Positions 52,461 to 64,000 of a DNA stretch of 64,000 nt are shown in pieces. A program made the translations under genes and the position numbers. The stretch lies in the NCBI RefSeq assembly GCF_018350175.1, contig NC_058368.1, forward strand, positions 90,584,001-90,648,000, written 5' to 3'. The notes under the pieces were generated by a model. That model worked only from the letters and a program-made list of their open reading frames with translations. It made no database searches and was not told where the DNA came from. Positions within the stretch are counted from its first letter, which is position 1; the number at the start of each line of letters is the position of its first letter. Origin of the DNA: Felis catus (lineage: Eukaryota).

Positions 52461-55262
52461 GCATTCCTGCACATCTCTGTCTGCAGTTTCAGACGACTGG
52501 CCGCTGAAGGAGGGGAGTGGGGAAAGACTGATAGAGCACAGAAATGAGGCAGGCAGAAGAACTGTGTTCAATAAATGAAACCATAGGGGCGCAGGGTTAG
52601 CTCAGTCAGTTGAGCATCTGGCTCTTGATTTCGGCTAAGGTCAGTATCTCATGGTCGTTGAGTTCAAGCCCCGCGCTGGGCTCCCCACTGAATGTGCAGC
52701 CTGCTTAGGACTCTCTCTCCCCTTCTCTGTCTGCCCGCCCCTGCTCACATGCATGCGCACCTGTACTCTCTCTTTCAAAATAAAAAAAACATAAAAAAAT
52801 AAGAAATAAAAATAAATGAAACAATAAACTGTGGTCATCAATACACGGATTGAAGGGAAATAACCAGACCAGACATGGTGACTGAGGGAACTGTACTGTC
52901 ACAAAAACCACGAGTCAGGCCTGAAGAGTATCTGTGACTGTTTGACCCTTCATACAATCTCCAGGCCAGCAAACCGAGACCAGTGGGAATGTGGCTTTTA
53001 AGCCGTGCAGCCACCAGGAAGGCTCACATTCCCCAAGAGCCCACTTCAAATGGGCTATAGAGATGGCAGACTTGTCAGGGACCATGGAGGTTGGCTGACA
53101 AGTTCTGTTGACGACTGAGGAAGGGTAGGTGGACATGCTAACAAATGGAGCCCCCAGCACCCTGGGCAGCCTTCCCAGCTCCTGCCCAGAGGTGCAAATG
53201 ATGGCCACGGCAGGCCAGGGTCTGCCCTGTGGGTCTCTTGTTTCCTTTTGCAATCCTGTTTTGGCTCCACTATTTTATGCTGGGCGGGATGGGTTAATGT
53301 GAGGAAGACAGCTGATCTTCTGGTTCAAACACAGGCCTCGAGGGCTCCATGGAGAGTGCTGCTTGTCACCCAGGGGCTGCGGACTGGGAGGATTCTGGGA
53401 CTGGACAGGACTTCTGGAAGCTCAGTGGGGCAGATGGTGGTAGTGACAGCTATATCTAGTGACCCTAGTGACTCCTATTCTCCCCTTCATCTGGCTCACA
53501 GCTGGGACACGCCAGCCCCAGGCTCCCCTCGCAGCCACGTCTGACCCTTGGCTGTGTTATTGAATGGAATGATGTGTGAAACTTCTCTCTCACTGTTTGG
53601 GAGGAGATCCTGGTTCTGGACTTTTGCTTTTCTCCCCCTTCCACTCCCTTCCAGTGGCCTGGACAGCTGGAGCTGCCATTAGCCTGGGTCCCCAAGCGAC
53701 TGCGGGGGGCAATACTGCTGGTCTGAAATGATCTCCTCAAAACCATTATGCAACAGAAATACAAACTGCCATAGTTTGAAGCTGCTTTAGGTTAGGGCCT
53801 GCTAAATTATTATGGGAGTATGGTTTCCTCTGATGAGCATGAATATTAAGGTTACAGACTGACCCAGACCAGAAGAAAACACAAATTAAAATAAAGAATG
53901 TGTCAGGAGAGCGCAACGATTTTCCTCTTTTTCTCCCTGTGCTTTAATTTCCACTGCAGCTATTATTATAATGCTGGTTATGTAATAGTTTTTAAAAAGG
54001 CTGGGGGTGCCTGGGTGGCTTTGTAGGTTGAGCATCCAACTCTTGATTTCGGCTCAGGTGAAATCCCATGGTTCATGAGTTTGAGCCCCTTGTCGGGCTT
54101 TGTACTGACAGCTCGGAGCCTGGAGCCTGTCAGATTCTGGGTCTCCCTCTCTCTCCGCCCCTCGCCCACTTGTGCACTCACTCTCTCTCAAAAATAAACA
54201 TGAGGAAAAAAAAGATTCTCTCTCTCCCTCTGCCGATTGCATATGCTCTCTCTAAAAAATTAAAATAAAATAAATACATAGATAAATAAATAAATGAGAC
54301 TATGTTTAAAAAAAAATGGCAGGACAAGATAACATGTGTGTCTGTTCACACCATCTTTGACACAGATTGAGAGCACATCTAAAGAGGAGGAAGTGGGACA
54401 GTTCAGGCATTAAAACAGGAAACAGGGGCACCTGGGTGGCTCAGTTGGTTGAGCGTCCGACTTTGGCTCAGGTCATGATCTCACAGTTTGTGAGTTCAAG
54501 CCCTGCACTGGGCTCTGTGCTGACAGCTCAGAGCCTGGAGCCTGCTTTGGATTCTGTGTCTCCCTCTCTCTCTTTGCCTCTCCCCTGCTCATGCTCTGTC
54601 TCTCTCAAAAATGAAAATATAAACATTAAAAAAAAAATTTAAAAAAAAAACCCAGGAAACAGAACTTCAAAAAAAAAAGAAAAGAAGGACACAGAATGGT
54701 CCTGGGTGCTACTGTAGCCTCTGAGCAAGGAAGCTTTGCGATTTTTAGATGCTAGCTTTCAAACTCTGGCACAATTGCTTCTCTCTGGGCTACCTCCCCT
54801 GAACCGCTCTGAAGTGACAGGAGAGGTGTGCAGCCAGCCGTGCAGCTGGAGACTCAGCAAGATTAACTTCATGGCCCAGCTTGAAAAGACGACACTAACT
54901 TCTATCGTTCCTTAATCCACTTCTCCATTTCCTGGGGCAGACAGTCATTGAAGAAGACGAAAGACACTAAGGAGACAGTGAAGGGAAGAACGGGCCAAGA
55001 CAGGGTTCAGTTTTCAGTTCTACTTTACTAGCTGTGCCACCCAGCGCACAAGATGCAGCCACTCGGGTCTGCCCTGTAATTTACACTTTCCCCCATGTTA
55101 TCAACTTTTCTCAGGGGCTGCTGGGAGACCCAAATAAAATAAGTGCAGAAATGCGTAACAGGGCCTATGGACGGGGCCTCACGGAGGTGTCCGTCCTCTC
55201 TTCTGCGGCAAGAACGGTGTGAGGTCGCAAGGCTGTGCTAGGGACACAGAGTCAGCTCCCAC

Positions 55263-55430
55263 CTGAACTTTGTGAAACATCTGTAAATTGATGGCTTTGA
55301 CTTCCTCCAGCTGCTGGCGGAGGGCGACTAGGGTGTCCTGCTTCTCGTGGGTGTCCTTTTCGAGCAGCTTCATTGCGATCTCCATCTCCGTCTTCATTCC
55401 AATCTGCAGCTCCAGTTCTTTTTCTAGTTC
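55263..55430 (-). CDS. RUFY1: RUFY1 exon ([56 protein letters not shown])
   Basis: Recognised RUFY coiled-coil peptide. GATAAG acceptor, GTGGGA donor, 168 nt. Confidence 0.95.
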
Positions 55431-56833
55431 CTTATCAATTAGGAATATCAATTAAGAAGGTGTTATTACAGTAGACACAGGGATGTATTTACCTGAGGGT
55501 GTATCTTGGGCAGTGGCAAAAATATAACCTGGAAGTCAGAGTAGGTTAGGGAGATTTAGGAAATTCTGTCTAGAGCATAACTACATTAAGTTTAGCCCTC
55601 TTGCTCATTTTGTAAGGAAAACTGGCTCTGGATCCAGTCAACAGAAAGTTGGTAGGTGGCAATGTGAGCCTTGATCCTGGCAACCACATTCTTTAAACCC
55701 GAAGATCAGAATGCACAGTCTGAAAGAATGTCTGCCAAACAATCTGACATTGCAATGTGAGAGTTTTTGGATTTTCATATGGTTTGCTCCTTTATGGCAA
55801 TAAAGGTGCAACCATTTTGAACTAGTGCTGTCCTGGGTAACTCAGGAGACACGTTTCCACATCTGCGTAAAGACACAAAGCAGGTCCAAGAGTTGTGTCT
55901 ACTAAAAAACACTGGTTGGGGCATTTGGGTTGGTTCAGTTGGTAGAGTGTGTGACTCTTGATCTCAGGGTCATGAGTTCAAGCCCCATGCTGGGTGTGGA
56001 GCATACTTTAAAATTCACGGTTCATGGGATCAAGCCCGGCATCGGGCTCTGCACTGGCAGTATGGAGTCTGCTTGGGATTCTCTCTCTCCCTCTCTCTGC
56101 CCCTCCTCCACTTGTGATCGCTCTCTCTCAAATAAATAAACATTAAAAACAAACCCAAAACACTGGTCACTGGCACAGAGATTAGGTAGAATATAATAAA
56201 TAGACCAGAGGCTGACTGAGGGAACTGTGTTGGCAAAGCAACCTCGAATCTGGTCTCATGGTAATCCTTGAAAAAGGTTTATAAAACTGGAAAAAATACA
56301 AAACTTAGGTGTAAGCTAAGTAAGCCCTTAAAAAAACATTTTTTGGAGGGCGCCTGGGTGGCTCAGTTGGTTAAGCAATTGACTTCGGCTCAGGTCATGA
56401 TCTCACGGTTCCTGAATTCGAGCCCTGCGTCAGGCTCTGGGCAGACAGCTCAGAGCCTGGAGCCTGCTTTGGATTCTGTATCTCCCTCTCTCTCTGCCCC
56501 TCCCGTACTCACACTCTGTCTTTCTCTCAAAAATAAATAAATATTTTAAAAATATTAAAAATTTTTTTAAAGGGATGATTTTTGATTCTTCATGAATATA
56601 TTTCTTCAGACTTTAGAAACTTTGTATAAAAAACTCATTTGTTTTTAGAAGCAGATTTAAGCACACGTGTGAAAAGTGACAACAAATAACATGAAGGGCT
56701 ATTGGGGAATTCCTTCTAAAGACACAGCCTATGGGTACCTGGCTAGCTTAGTTAAGCGTCTCAGCTCAGGTCTTGATCTCAGGGTCATGAGTTCAAGCCC
56801 CATGTTGGGCTCTGCACTGGGCACGAATCCTAC

Positions 56834-56864
<31 letters not shown>

Positions 56865-56879
56865 CAGTCTTGCACTCAC

Positions 56880-56996
56880 CAAACGGACTTTCTTCTCCTC
56901 TTTTAGCTGCTTCCACACATCACTATACATTTCATCCAGACCTTGCCGAGTTTGCTTGTAAGTGTCCAGCTCAACTTTTGTATCTTGTTTTGTTAT
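56880..56996 (-). CDS. RUFY1: RUFY1 exon ([39 protein letters not shown])
   Basis: ACATAG acceptor, GTGAGT donor, 117 nt. Confidence 0.95.
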
Positions 56997-57871
56997 CTAT
57001 GTCAAACAAGAACACCAAGAGGCATGGTTTGCTTATGGAAGTGAGCTAACTACAAAGTATTTTACAATATACCATAGGGGCACCTGGCTGGCTCAGTCAA
57101 CTCTTAATCTCAGGGTCAGGAATTCAAGCCCCACATTGGGCATGGAGCCTACTTAAAATAAAAACATTAAAAGAATATACCACAATTTTTAAAGACGTAG
57201 GATAACTTCTATATTTTAAGCACTGTAGAAAAATGCTAAAAGATACTTCAAAATATCTTTGAACCTGAAGGATGACAGTAAGCCAACAGACTTTTGAAAA
57301 GTTAGGTTCGGAAAACAATACATATTTAATTTTCTTTAAAACAAAACCGTTGTTCTTAGTGGGAAAGGCCCCCATTCATTCCATCATTCAGCATGGATTT
57401 TTATTTATCCAGCATGTTCTTTAGCAGTGGGTGAATTTCAAGATGAATCAGATATGGTCTCTTTCTGTTCTCAGGTCATTGTGTAGGACAGCTGCAAGCC
57501 AGCAATTCTATGACACAGAAAATGGGTTCTCTAATGGAGGGAGGGACAAACAGCTCTGGGAACAGGGGAGGAAGGCCCAAGGCCATGGATGGGGGCCATG
57601 GAGGCATCACAGAGGACACGGTACGTGAGCAGAGGTTGAAGAGTAAATGGGAACCTTTGAGTGCAAAGGCCCAGAGGTGAGGAAGCAGTGCGCTTGGAAG
57701 CCCGAAGTGGCCCAGGTGGCCTGCAAGTGGTGTGGGAGGGCACAGTGGCACCAAACAAGGCATCTCTGTACGTCCTGAGGCCTGTGTCACTATTAAACAA
57801 TGAGTATGAGCTCTGCCACGGACACTTGCGCATGGGAGACATGCTGCCCAGCTGTGAGGTCAGTTTCTCAC

Positions 57872-57973
57872 CTCCACGCTCTTTTCACTTCTTTCGCGAA
57901 TTAACTCATTTTGTTCTCTTAATTGTTGCTGCTCTTCTTGAAGTGAACAAATCCGGTCTGTTGCAGCTGAAAG
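57872..57973 (-). CDS. RUFY1: RUFY1 exon ([34 protein letters not shown])
   Basis: TATCAG acceptor, GTGAGA donor, 102 nt. Confidence 0.95.
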
Positions 57974-60317
57974 CTGATAAAGAAAGATTTTTATGTTCCT
58001 TAACGTTGAAATTAATCTTACCGTTCAGATTAAAAACTAACATTTGGCACCTTCACAATTGATGATGGATTTCCACGTATTTGGTATTTTATCATTTAAT
58101 TTCTTTGTTTTGAATAGGGAATACATTCACATAGTTTAAAAAAAAAAATGAGAGCAAACCACTTAATGGGGTTAAGGATTTAATGTGGGCAAGGATTTAT
58201 GGACACAAATTATTAGAGGCACTTGAGTGTCCAATATCACAGAAGCTTACTGAAAGACAGTGGGAGCATAAGGCAGAAATATGTAGTTATTAAAATGTTT
58301 GCAAAGGCTTTTGATGACTTGAGAATGTACTTCGGGTATAATATCAATAGGGGACAAAAGGCAAGTTCTATGGCACGTTCTCACCTCTAATTAAAAAGAA
58401 AAAATCACCTGTGTTAGAAATGCTTAGGAAACACTGGAGAGCACATATACATGGATAATAACAGTAGCTGTTACTTAGCAAAGGGATTATGGGCTTTTTT
58501 TCCTGATCCTTCACTCTTTTCCAGCCAATAAACAAGGATTATTTTTATCACTAGAGGGAGACTTAAAGCATTCTGGGGAAGGAATCACAACAAAATCTTC
58601 TGAAGCCGGGCCCTAGAAAGCCATCTTCCTGTCCTCGAATGAGTTACCATAGGTGGGGGCAAAGTGTATACAAGCCTGTTGGGAGGAGGTTCTCTGCAGA
58701 GGCAGGTAGAGGCATTAACATACCCACCAACCTCTCCTTATGCAGCCTCTGAACACAGCCTGGAGAGAGAAGGGCAGGCTGGGGAAGGAGAAAGAAGACG
58801 TGAACTGGGCTGTGCTCTTGGCATCACTCACTGAGGGGGCGGGGGCTAAAGCACTGAACGCCTCTCTCCTCTTCCTCAACTGCATCTAAGTCCACGTGGA
58901 CTCAGAACCCACGACTGGGGTTTCTAAACGTTACCGCTGTGCCGAACTAAGAAATCTTAAGTCTCTAGAGGTGCTAGTTAGCCATCTGCTAATTCCCACT
59001 CTGCTCTCTGAAGCCAGGGAGAGCACACCCTGAGGAGAGGGACTTCTCTATAAAGCATGTTTCCCATTACAGTTGTTGGCCTTTGAAGAAAAAATAACCT
59101 AGCTGTTTAGTTTCAAAAGCTAAAATTAGACCTTCCTTCAAAGTATGCCACCTCGCCTGGGAGAACGAAGAGTCAATCTGTTTGTTCTAAAATCAACTAA
59201 TGTCTCCACACGCCAAGTGTTGTGTGAGGCACATTTATATAACACAAATCTCATTTTTACAACACTGTTAGGTATGAGTTATCATCTGATTTGGAGATGA
59301 GGACAGTGAGGCCCAAAGACCTGCCTCCCTAATAAACTAAGGCCCAAAAGCCTACCCACCCAAGGGCAACGTGGGTCCTCCAGTTCTAAGTGTGGTGAAG
59401 CTGCTCCTGAGAAGCCCATCTACGAACACCGCCTTTGAATCTCCTTCTCCTCACACAAATCTGAGCTCCTCTCCTTAAAGCTTTCCAGCGCTGGCCCCTT
59501 GGGAGAGAGCAGTCAGTGTAAACAGAGGGAGCCTTAAACCGGGCCCTCTGTACAAAGGCATGCTCTGCGTCTCTCCTCTGGCCATAACCTGCCTCCACAC
59601 TGAGGTGGGGGGTCACGCCCTGACAACCTCTCACAGCCCTCTTCCTCCCCAGTGAGACCTGGTGGGGAGGCCCGAGCAGCCAGGGACCGCTACCTGTGGA
59701 AAGCCTCAGAAAGGCTGAGCAACCCCCCTCCTGCTAACAGGAGACAAGATGTGTCCACCAAGGAGACTGCCGGGCAGCGGGCAGCAAGCTTTCTTCCTCG
59801 GCCTCAGCCCTCCTTCTTCCTGTCTTTTCATTCTCTCTCTTCCTAGTGAGAAAGCAGAGAAAGACCACACTGTGGGGAGACTGGTTCCAGGCTCCTGAGA
59901 GGCCGAAACACAGAAGGGGTGGGCAAGGGTACTTTTACCTCATAACAGAGTCTGCACCTTCTGGGCAGCAGGGAGGCATACTATGTCAGAGGAAGGTGGG
60001 GAAAGAGGAAGAGAGAAGCACATTCACCACAGGAGCTGGGCTTTCCGAAGGAGGCCCAGGGTTCACTGCGAGGTGATAAAACCTAAGTCACTTAGAACTG
60101 GCTCATGATCAGCTGCACTGGCTCATGGGAAGCCCCGGACAGGGCCACAGACATTCTAAGGATGCGAAATTCCGAGAACACCGGTCTCACATGCAGCTCA
60201 GTCCAAACTTAGCGATTCCCATTCTGACCAGTGAGCAGCTCCGGTCAGATGTACCAACCACAGTGTTTCTCTTAACCTTGGGCCATTTTGTCCTAAGAAT
60301 TTCAGTAAGTTACAAAC

Positions 60318-60387
60318 CTCTTCTTGAAGTTTTGAATTCGTCTTTTCCAAGCCATCTATCTTGTTTTGAAGATCCCCAACTGTGCAG
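60318..60387 (-). CDS. RUFY1: RUFY1 exon ([24 protein letters not shown])
   Basis: TTCTCTAG acceptor, GTTTGT donor, 70 nt. Confidence 0.94.
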
Positions 60388-60920
60388 CTAGAGAAAATAA
60401 CATATTAAGTAATGGTGAACTTTAGGAAGGCTGTTTCCCCAACCTCTGAACAATGAGAATAGATTCCTAGGTTTCCTGTATGAAATGGAGAGTTGAGGGG
60501 TCTCCGATTAATTCAGAGATGAGAATTCTGAAAACATACGTATGTGTGCGTGTGTATACGTTTATTGAAAAGGTTTCAATGTCTTTCCCCCAAAATATGC
60601 TATACATTTCTTTAGCCAACTGGAAAGAAAATCATTTTTTCTCCCTAACATGGTAGATGGGAACCAAAATGTACTGGCAGTCATGTATCTAAATAATATC
60701 CACAACAAGATAATAGTACTTTGGGGTTGTAGGATCAAAGGGGGATCTTTTTTATACTTTGCCTCATTTTTTCAAATATTCTTTAAGTAATACGTACTAT
60801 GTTCCCACTGCAAAATATGTAAAACAAATGTAAATCTGATAAATAATAATAACGGCCACAATAATGATACAGTACCTTCCTTTTTGGAAGGTCTCTTCTA
60901 AGCACTTTATTTATTTCAAA

Positions 60921-60940
60921 TTATTTGTTTGTTTGTTTGT

Positions 60941-60983
<43 letters not shown>
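60921..60983 (+). repeat. (TTTG)n(TTTA)n compound microsatellite
   Basis: Read directly, in a SINE tail. Confidence 0.9.
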
Positions 60984-60984
<1 letters not shown>

Positions 60985-61369
60985 TTTTTGAGATTGAGAG
61001 AGAGAGAGCACGCAGGGGAGGGGCAGAGAGAGAGAGGGGAACAGAGGATCCAAAGCGGGCTCTGCGCTGACAGTAGAGAGCCCAGAGCCCGATGTGGGTC
61101 TCGAACTCATGAACTGTGAGATCATAACCCAAGCCGAAGGCAAACACTTAACCAACTGAGCCACCCAGGGGCCCCTAATTTTTTTCTAATGTTTATTTAT
61201 CTTTGAGAGCAGGGGAGGGGCAGAGAAAGGGAGACAGAATTCAAAGCAGGCTCCAGGCTCCACGCTATCAGCACAGAGCTGGATCTGGGGTTCGAACCAT
61301 GAACCATGAGATCATGACCTGAGCCGAAGTTGGACACTTAACCTACTGAGTCACCCAGGTGCCCCTTCT

Positions 61370-61560
61370 AAGCACTTTAAGTGCATCAACTCATGTGACC
61401 CTCTCCATAATTCTATGAGTAAACCTTACCGTTACCTATTTCACAGACGAGGAAACCATAACTTTACACTGAAAAACTCACTCAGGTTTCATCCCCGTTT
61501 GGAGGGGTGCCAGGATCTGAACCTAGTCAGTCTGGCTCGAGAACCTGTACCTTTTGCCAC
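61370..61560 (-). mobile_element. MIR fragment
   Basis: MIR core-like CCTATTTCACAGACGAGGAAAC and GGATCTGAACCTAGTCAGTCTGGCTC. Confidence 0.6.
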
Positions 61561-63286
61561 TAACCTGGTGCCTTTTGCCAGTGGGGGAGCGGGGCAAAGA
61601 AATAAACCTGGCAAGGTTAATGAATCAAAGTTCAGGCATTAGATACGACAAAAATTAAAACACGACAAAATGAAAAAAAACCACAAAAGATATAGAGGGA
61701 ATTACAAGTCTTTAAAGTATGTAATTTTCAGTTCTATTCCAACTGTAACATAGAAAACGTCCCTAAAATTTATGCTTTTCTTAGAAAATATAAATTACCA
61801 GGGGCGCCTGGGTGGCTCAGTCGGTTAAGCGTCCGACTTCGGCTCAGGTCATGATCTCCCCAACTCGTGGGTCTGAGCCCTGCGCCGGGCTGGAGCCTGG
61901 AGCCTGTTTTGGATTCTGTGTCTCCCTCTCTCTCTGCCCCTCCCCTGCTTGTGCTCTATGTCTCTCTCAAAAATAAATAAACATTAAAAAAAAATTTAAA
62001 AATAAAATATAAATGACCAAAAAAGACACATCCTCAGGAGAAAAAAACACAGATAACTCAGGAAAAAACTGAAAAGCTGACAAAGTCTTGCCTCAGTAAA
62101 GGCTTTGAGCTTCACATTTTCTGATTTCTTTTTTAAAATTGTTTTAAAAAAGTAATCTCTACACCCAGTGTGGTGCTCGAACTCACAACCCTGACATCAA
62201 GAGTCGCATCTACTGACTGAGCCAGCCAGGCGCCCCATGCTTCACTTTTTCAAGGAGCAAATAATGCTCATGAACCAGAAGCTCCTCCTGATTCATTCTG
62301 TGAAGATGCATAATCCTGACACCGTGCCAGAGGGGGGAAAAAAACTACAGAACAATTAGGTCAGTTCACATATCAAAAATGATGCAGTTACTAAAACTAT
62401 GATTAAGTAGAGTTTATTCCTGTGACCTGGAAATGGTTCTGTATGAAGAAATCTATTAATAAAAAACCTCCCATCAACAGATTAAGGGATAAAAGTCATG
62501 ATTGCCTGAATGATAATGAATGTCTGATGAAATCTGACATCTCTTCCTTACAAAACCGGTCAATAAATGAGGGATCTATCAAGGATCTCTCAAAGCAACA
62601 GCCAACATCATGCCTCAGGAGAACTTGGAGCACTGTCCCCAGGCATGTTCTGTGAAATGTGCCAGCTCCTTTAGCTGTCTCGTTGGCTTTTGGGGCCAGC
62701 GGGGCTGTCCCTTGGAGCACTGCTTATGTGCACTGCCCACTCGGAGGGGATTCAGAGATACAGAGAATAACCTGTCTCCCAAACACATTAGACTGTGAAT
62801 CTCTGCCCATTCTCCACCAATACCACCATTGGCTAGTGTTTCATGGAACACAGCGGGAGCTTTCCAGTTAAAATGAAAAAAATCACAGAAAAGATGCCTG
62901 CTGTTGCTACTGAATTGCTGTCGGGGTTTAGCCCTTTTCTCCTGTCCCGACACACCAGAGGGATGTGTGCGGATTCCCTGTAGGAACAGTGCTTCCCATG
63001 GCAGTCACTTCCAACCAGGTGGCTGAGGGGTGAGGGGTGAAGACTCAAGGCTTAATTTGTTTGCTTTCTACAATGTCTAACTGCATAAAACAAAGAACCA
63101 AAGAACTCCCAAAGCTCCTTATTGAGAAATCATACTCCTCTGGTCTGTACACACAAGCACGCTATGATACCCCTTTTTCACTTGGTTTGGAAAAAAGGTC
63201 AGTTATGGCAACTGAAAAATGTTCCACGGAACAATTATTGGGTACTGAGAATTAACTGTGACACTGGAAAAGGGAGTGAGTCCTAC

Positions 63287-63352
63287 CTTAAGTGCCGATT
63301 AAGTTCTTCCACGTAATTTTTTTGATCAAGGACATCAGTAATTCTTTCGTGC
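63287..63352 (-). CDS. RUFY1: RUFY1 exon ([21 protein letters not shown]); the upstream RUN-domain exons lie beyond the window
   Basis: Conserved RUFY motif [20 protein letters not shown] acceptor, GTAGGA donor, 66 nt. Confidence 0.93.
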
Positions 63353-64000
63353 CTTTTGAAAACAGCATAAAAAAGACAGAAATTCCTTTAATACATGGTT
63401 AATACCTTGTAACCATCTCCCAACCTTCCAGGCACCTCGAAGAAGTACCAATGTCATCATGAAACTAAGGCACAGTCAGAGCTTAGTAATAATGTCTGCC
63501 TGGTCCTGGTCCCGGAGTGAACAGAGCAAAGCTGGCCAAGGGTGTGGTGGGGATGGCAGCCAGGTCCTTTGGAGATGCAGGAATGTGGGCAGGCTTCCTG
63601 TAGACACCCTCCTGCCTTGTCAGGCCAGGCATTTGGGAAGAGGAGAGAAAGCCATCTGGCATATGAGGTGGAAATACTGACAGCCAGATACAAATGGCCC
63701 TCCCTCAAGGTGGCAGATCAAGCTTATGATACTCAAGGGAAAGAGAAATGGCTCAAAAAAGGAGACAAGAGGCTTTTCAAAACATAAAGCTGACTAGCCT
63801 GGGTAAAAAAAAGATGTTAATTAAAAAAAAAATTTTTTTTTTTAAATAAAAAATGTTTATTTATTTTTGAGAGAGACAGAGACAGAATGTGAGTGGGTTA
63901 GGGGCAGAGAGAGAGGGAGACACAGAATCCGAAGCAGGCTCCAGGCTCTGAGCTATCAGCACAGAGCCCGACGAAGGGCTCAAACTCACGAGCTGTGAGA

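Overview
This is mammalian genomic DNA, most likely from a felid, judged by abundant CanSINE/SINEC_Fc-type tRNA-derived SINEs and carnivore L1 3' ends. It holds two convergent protein-coding genes. HNRNPH1 is complete on the + strand (~21.27-30.51 kb): 12 coding exons that I reconstructed to 1350 nt (449 aa plus stop), and an alternative 472-aa C-terminus. RUFY1 is present as its 3' half on the - strand (12 coding exons, 63352 to 33419, coiled-coil to FYVE). The region 1-19.7 kb and the RUFY1 introns are rich in SINE, L1, L2, MIR and LTR fragments, whereas ~19.7-36.6 kb has no recognisable CanSINE. I found no evidence of a new multi-gene system, and almost all other ORFs in the track are repeat-derived or chance. 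The most interesting signals are in RNA processing. HNRNPH1 has a tandem exon duplication, a 56-nt intron, a frame-shifting G-run-flanked cassette exon, a switchable last coding exon and several candidate poison exons, including a 23-nt microexon whose splice signals could pair in a hairpin. In RUFY1, a SINE insertion duplicated a splice donor, and a near-identical inverted SINE pair flanks an in-frame 348-nt exon block. Coordinates were counted by hand, and repeat boundaries are approximate.
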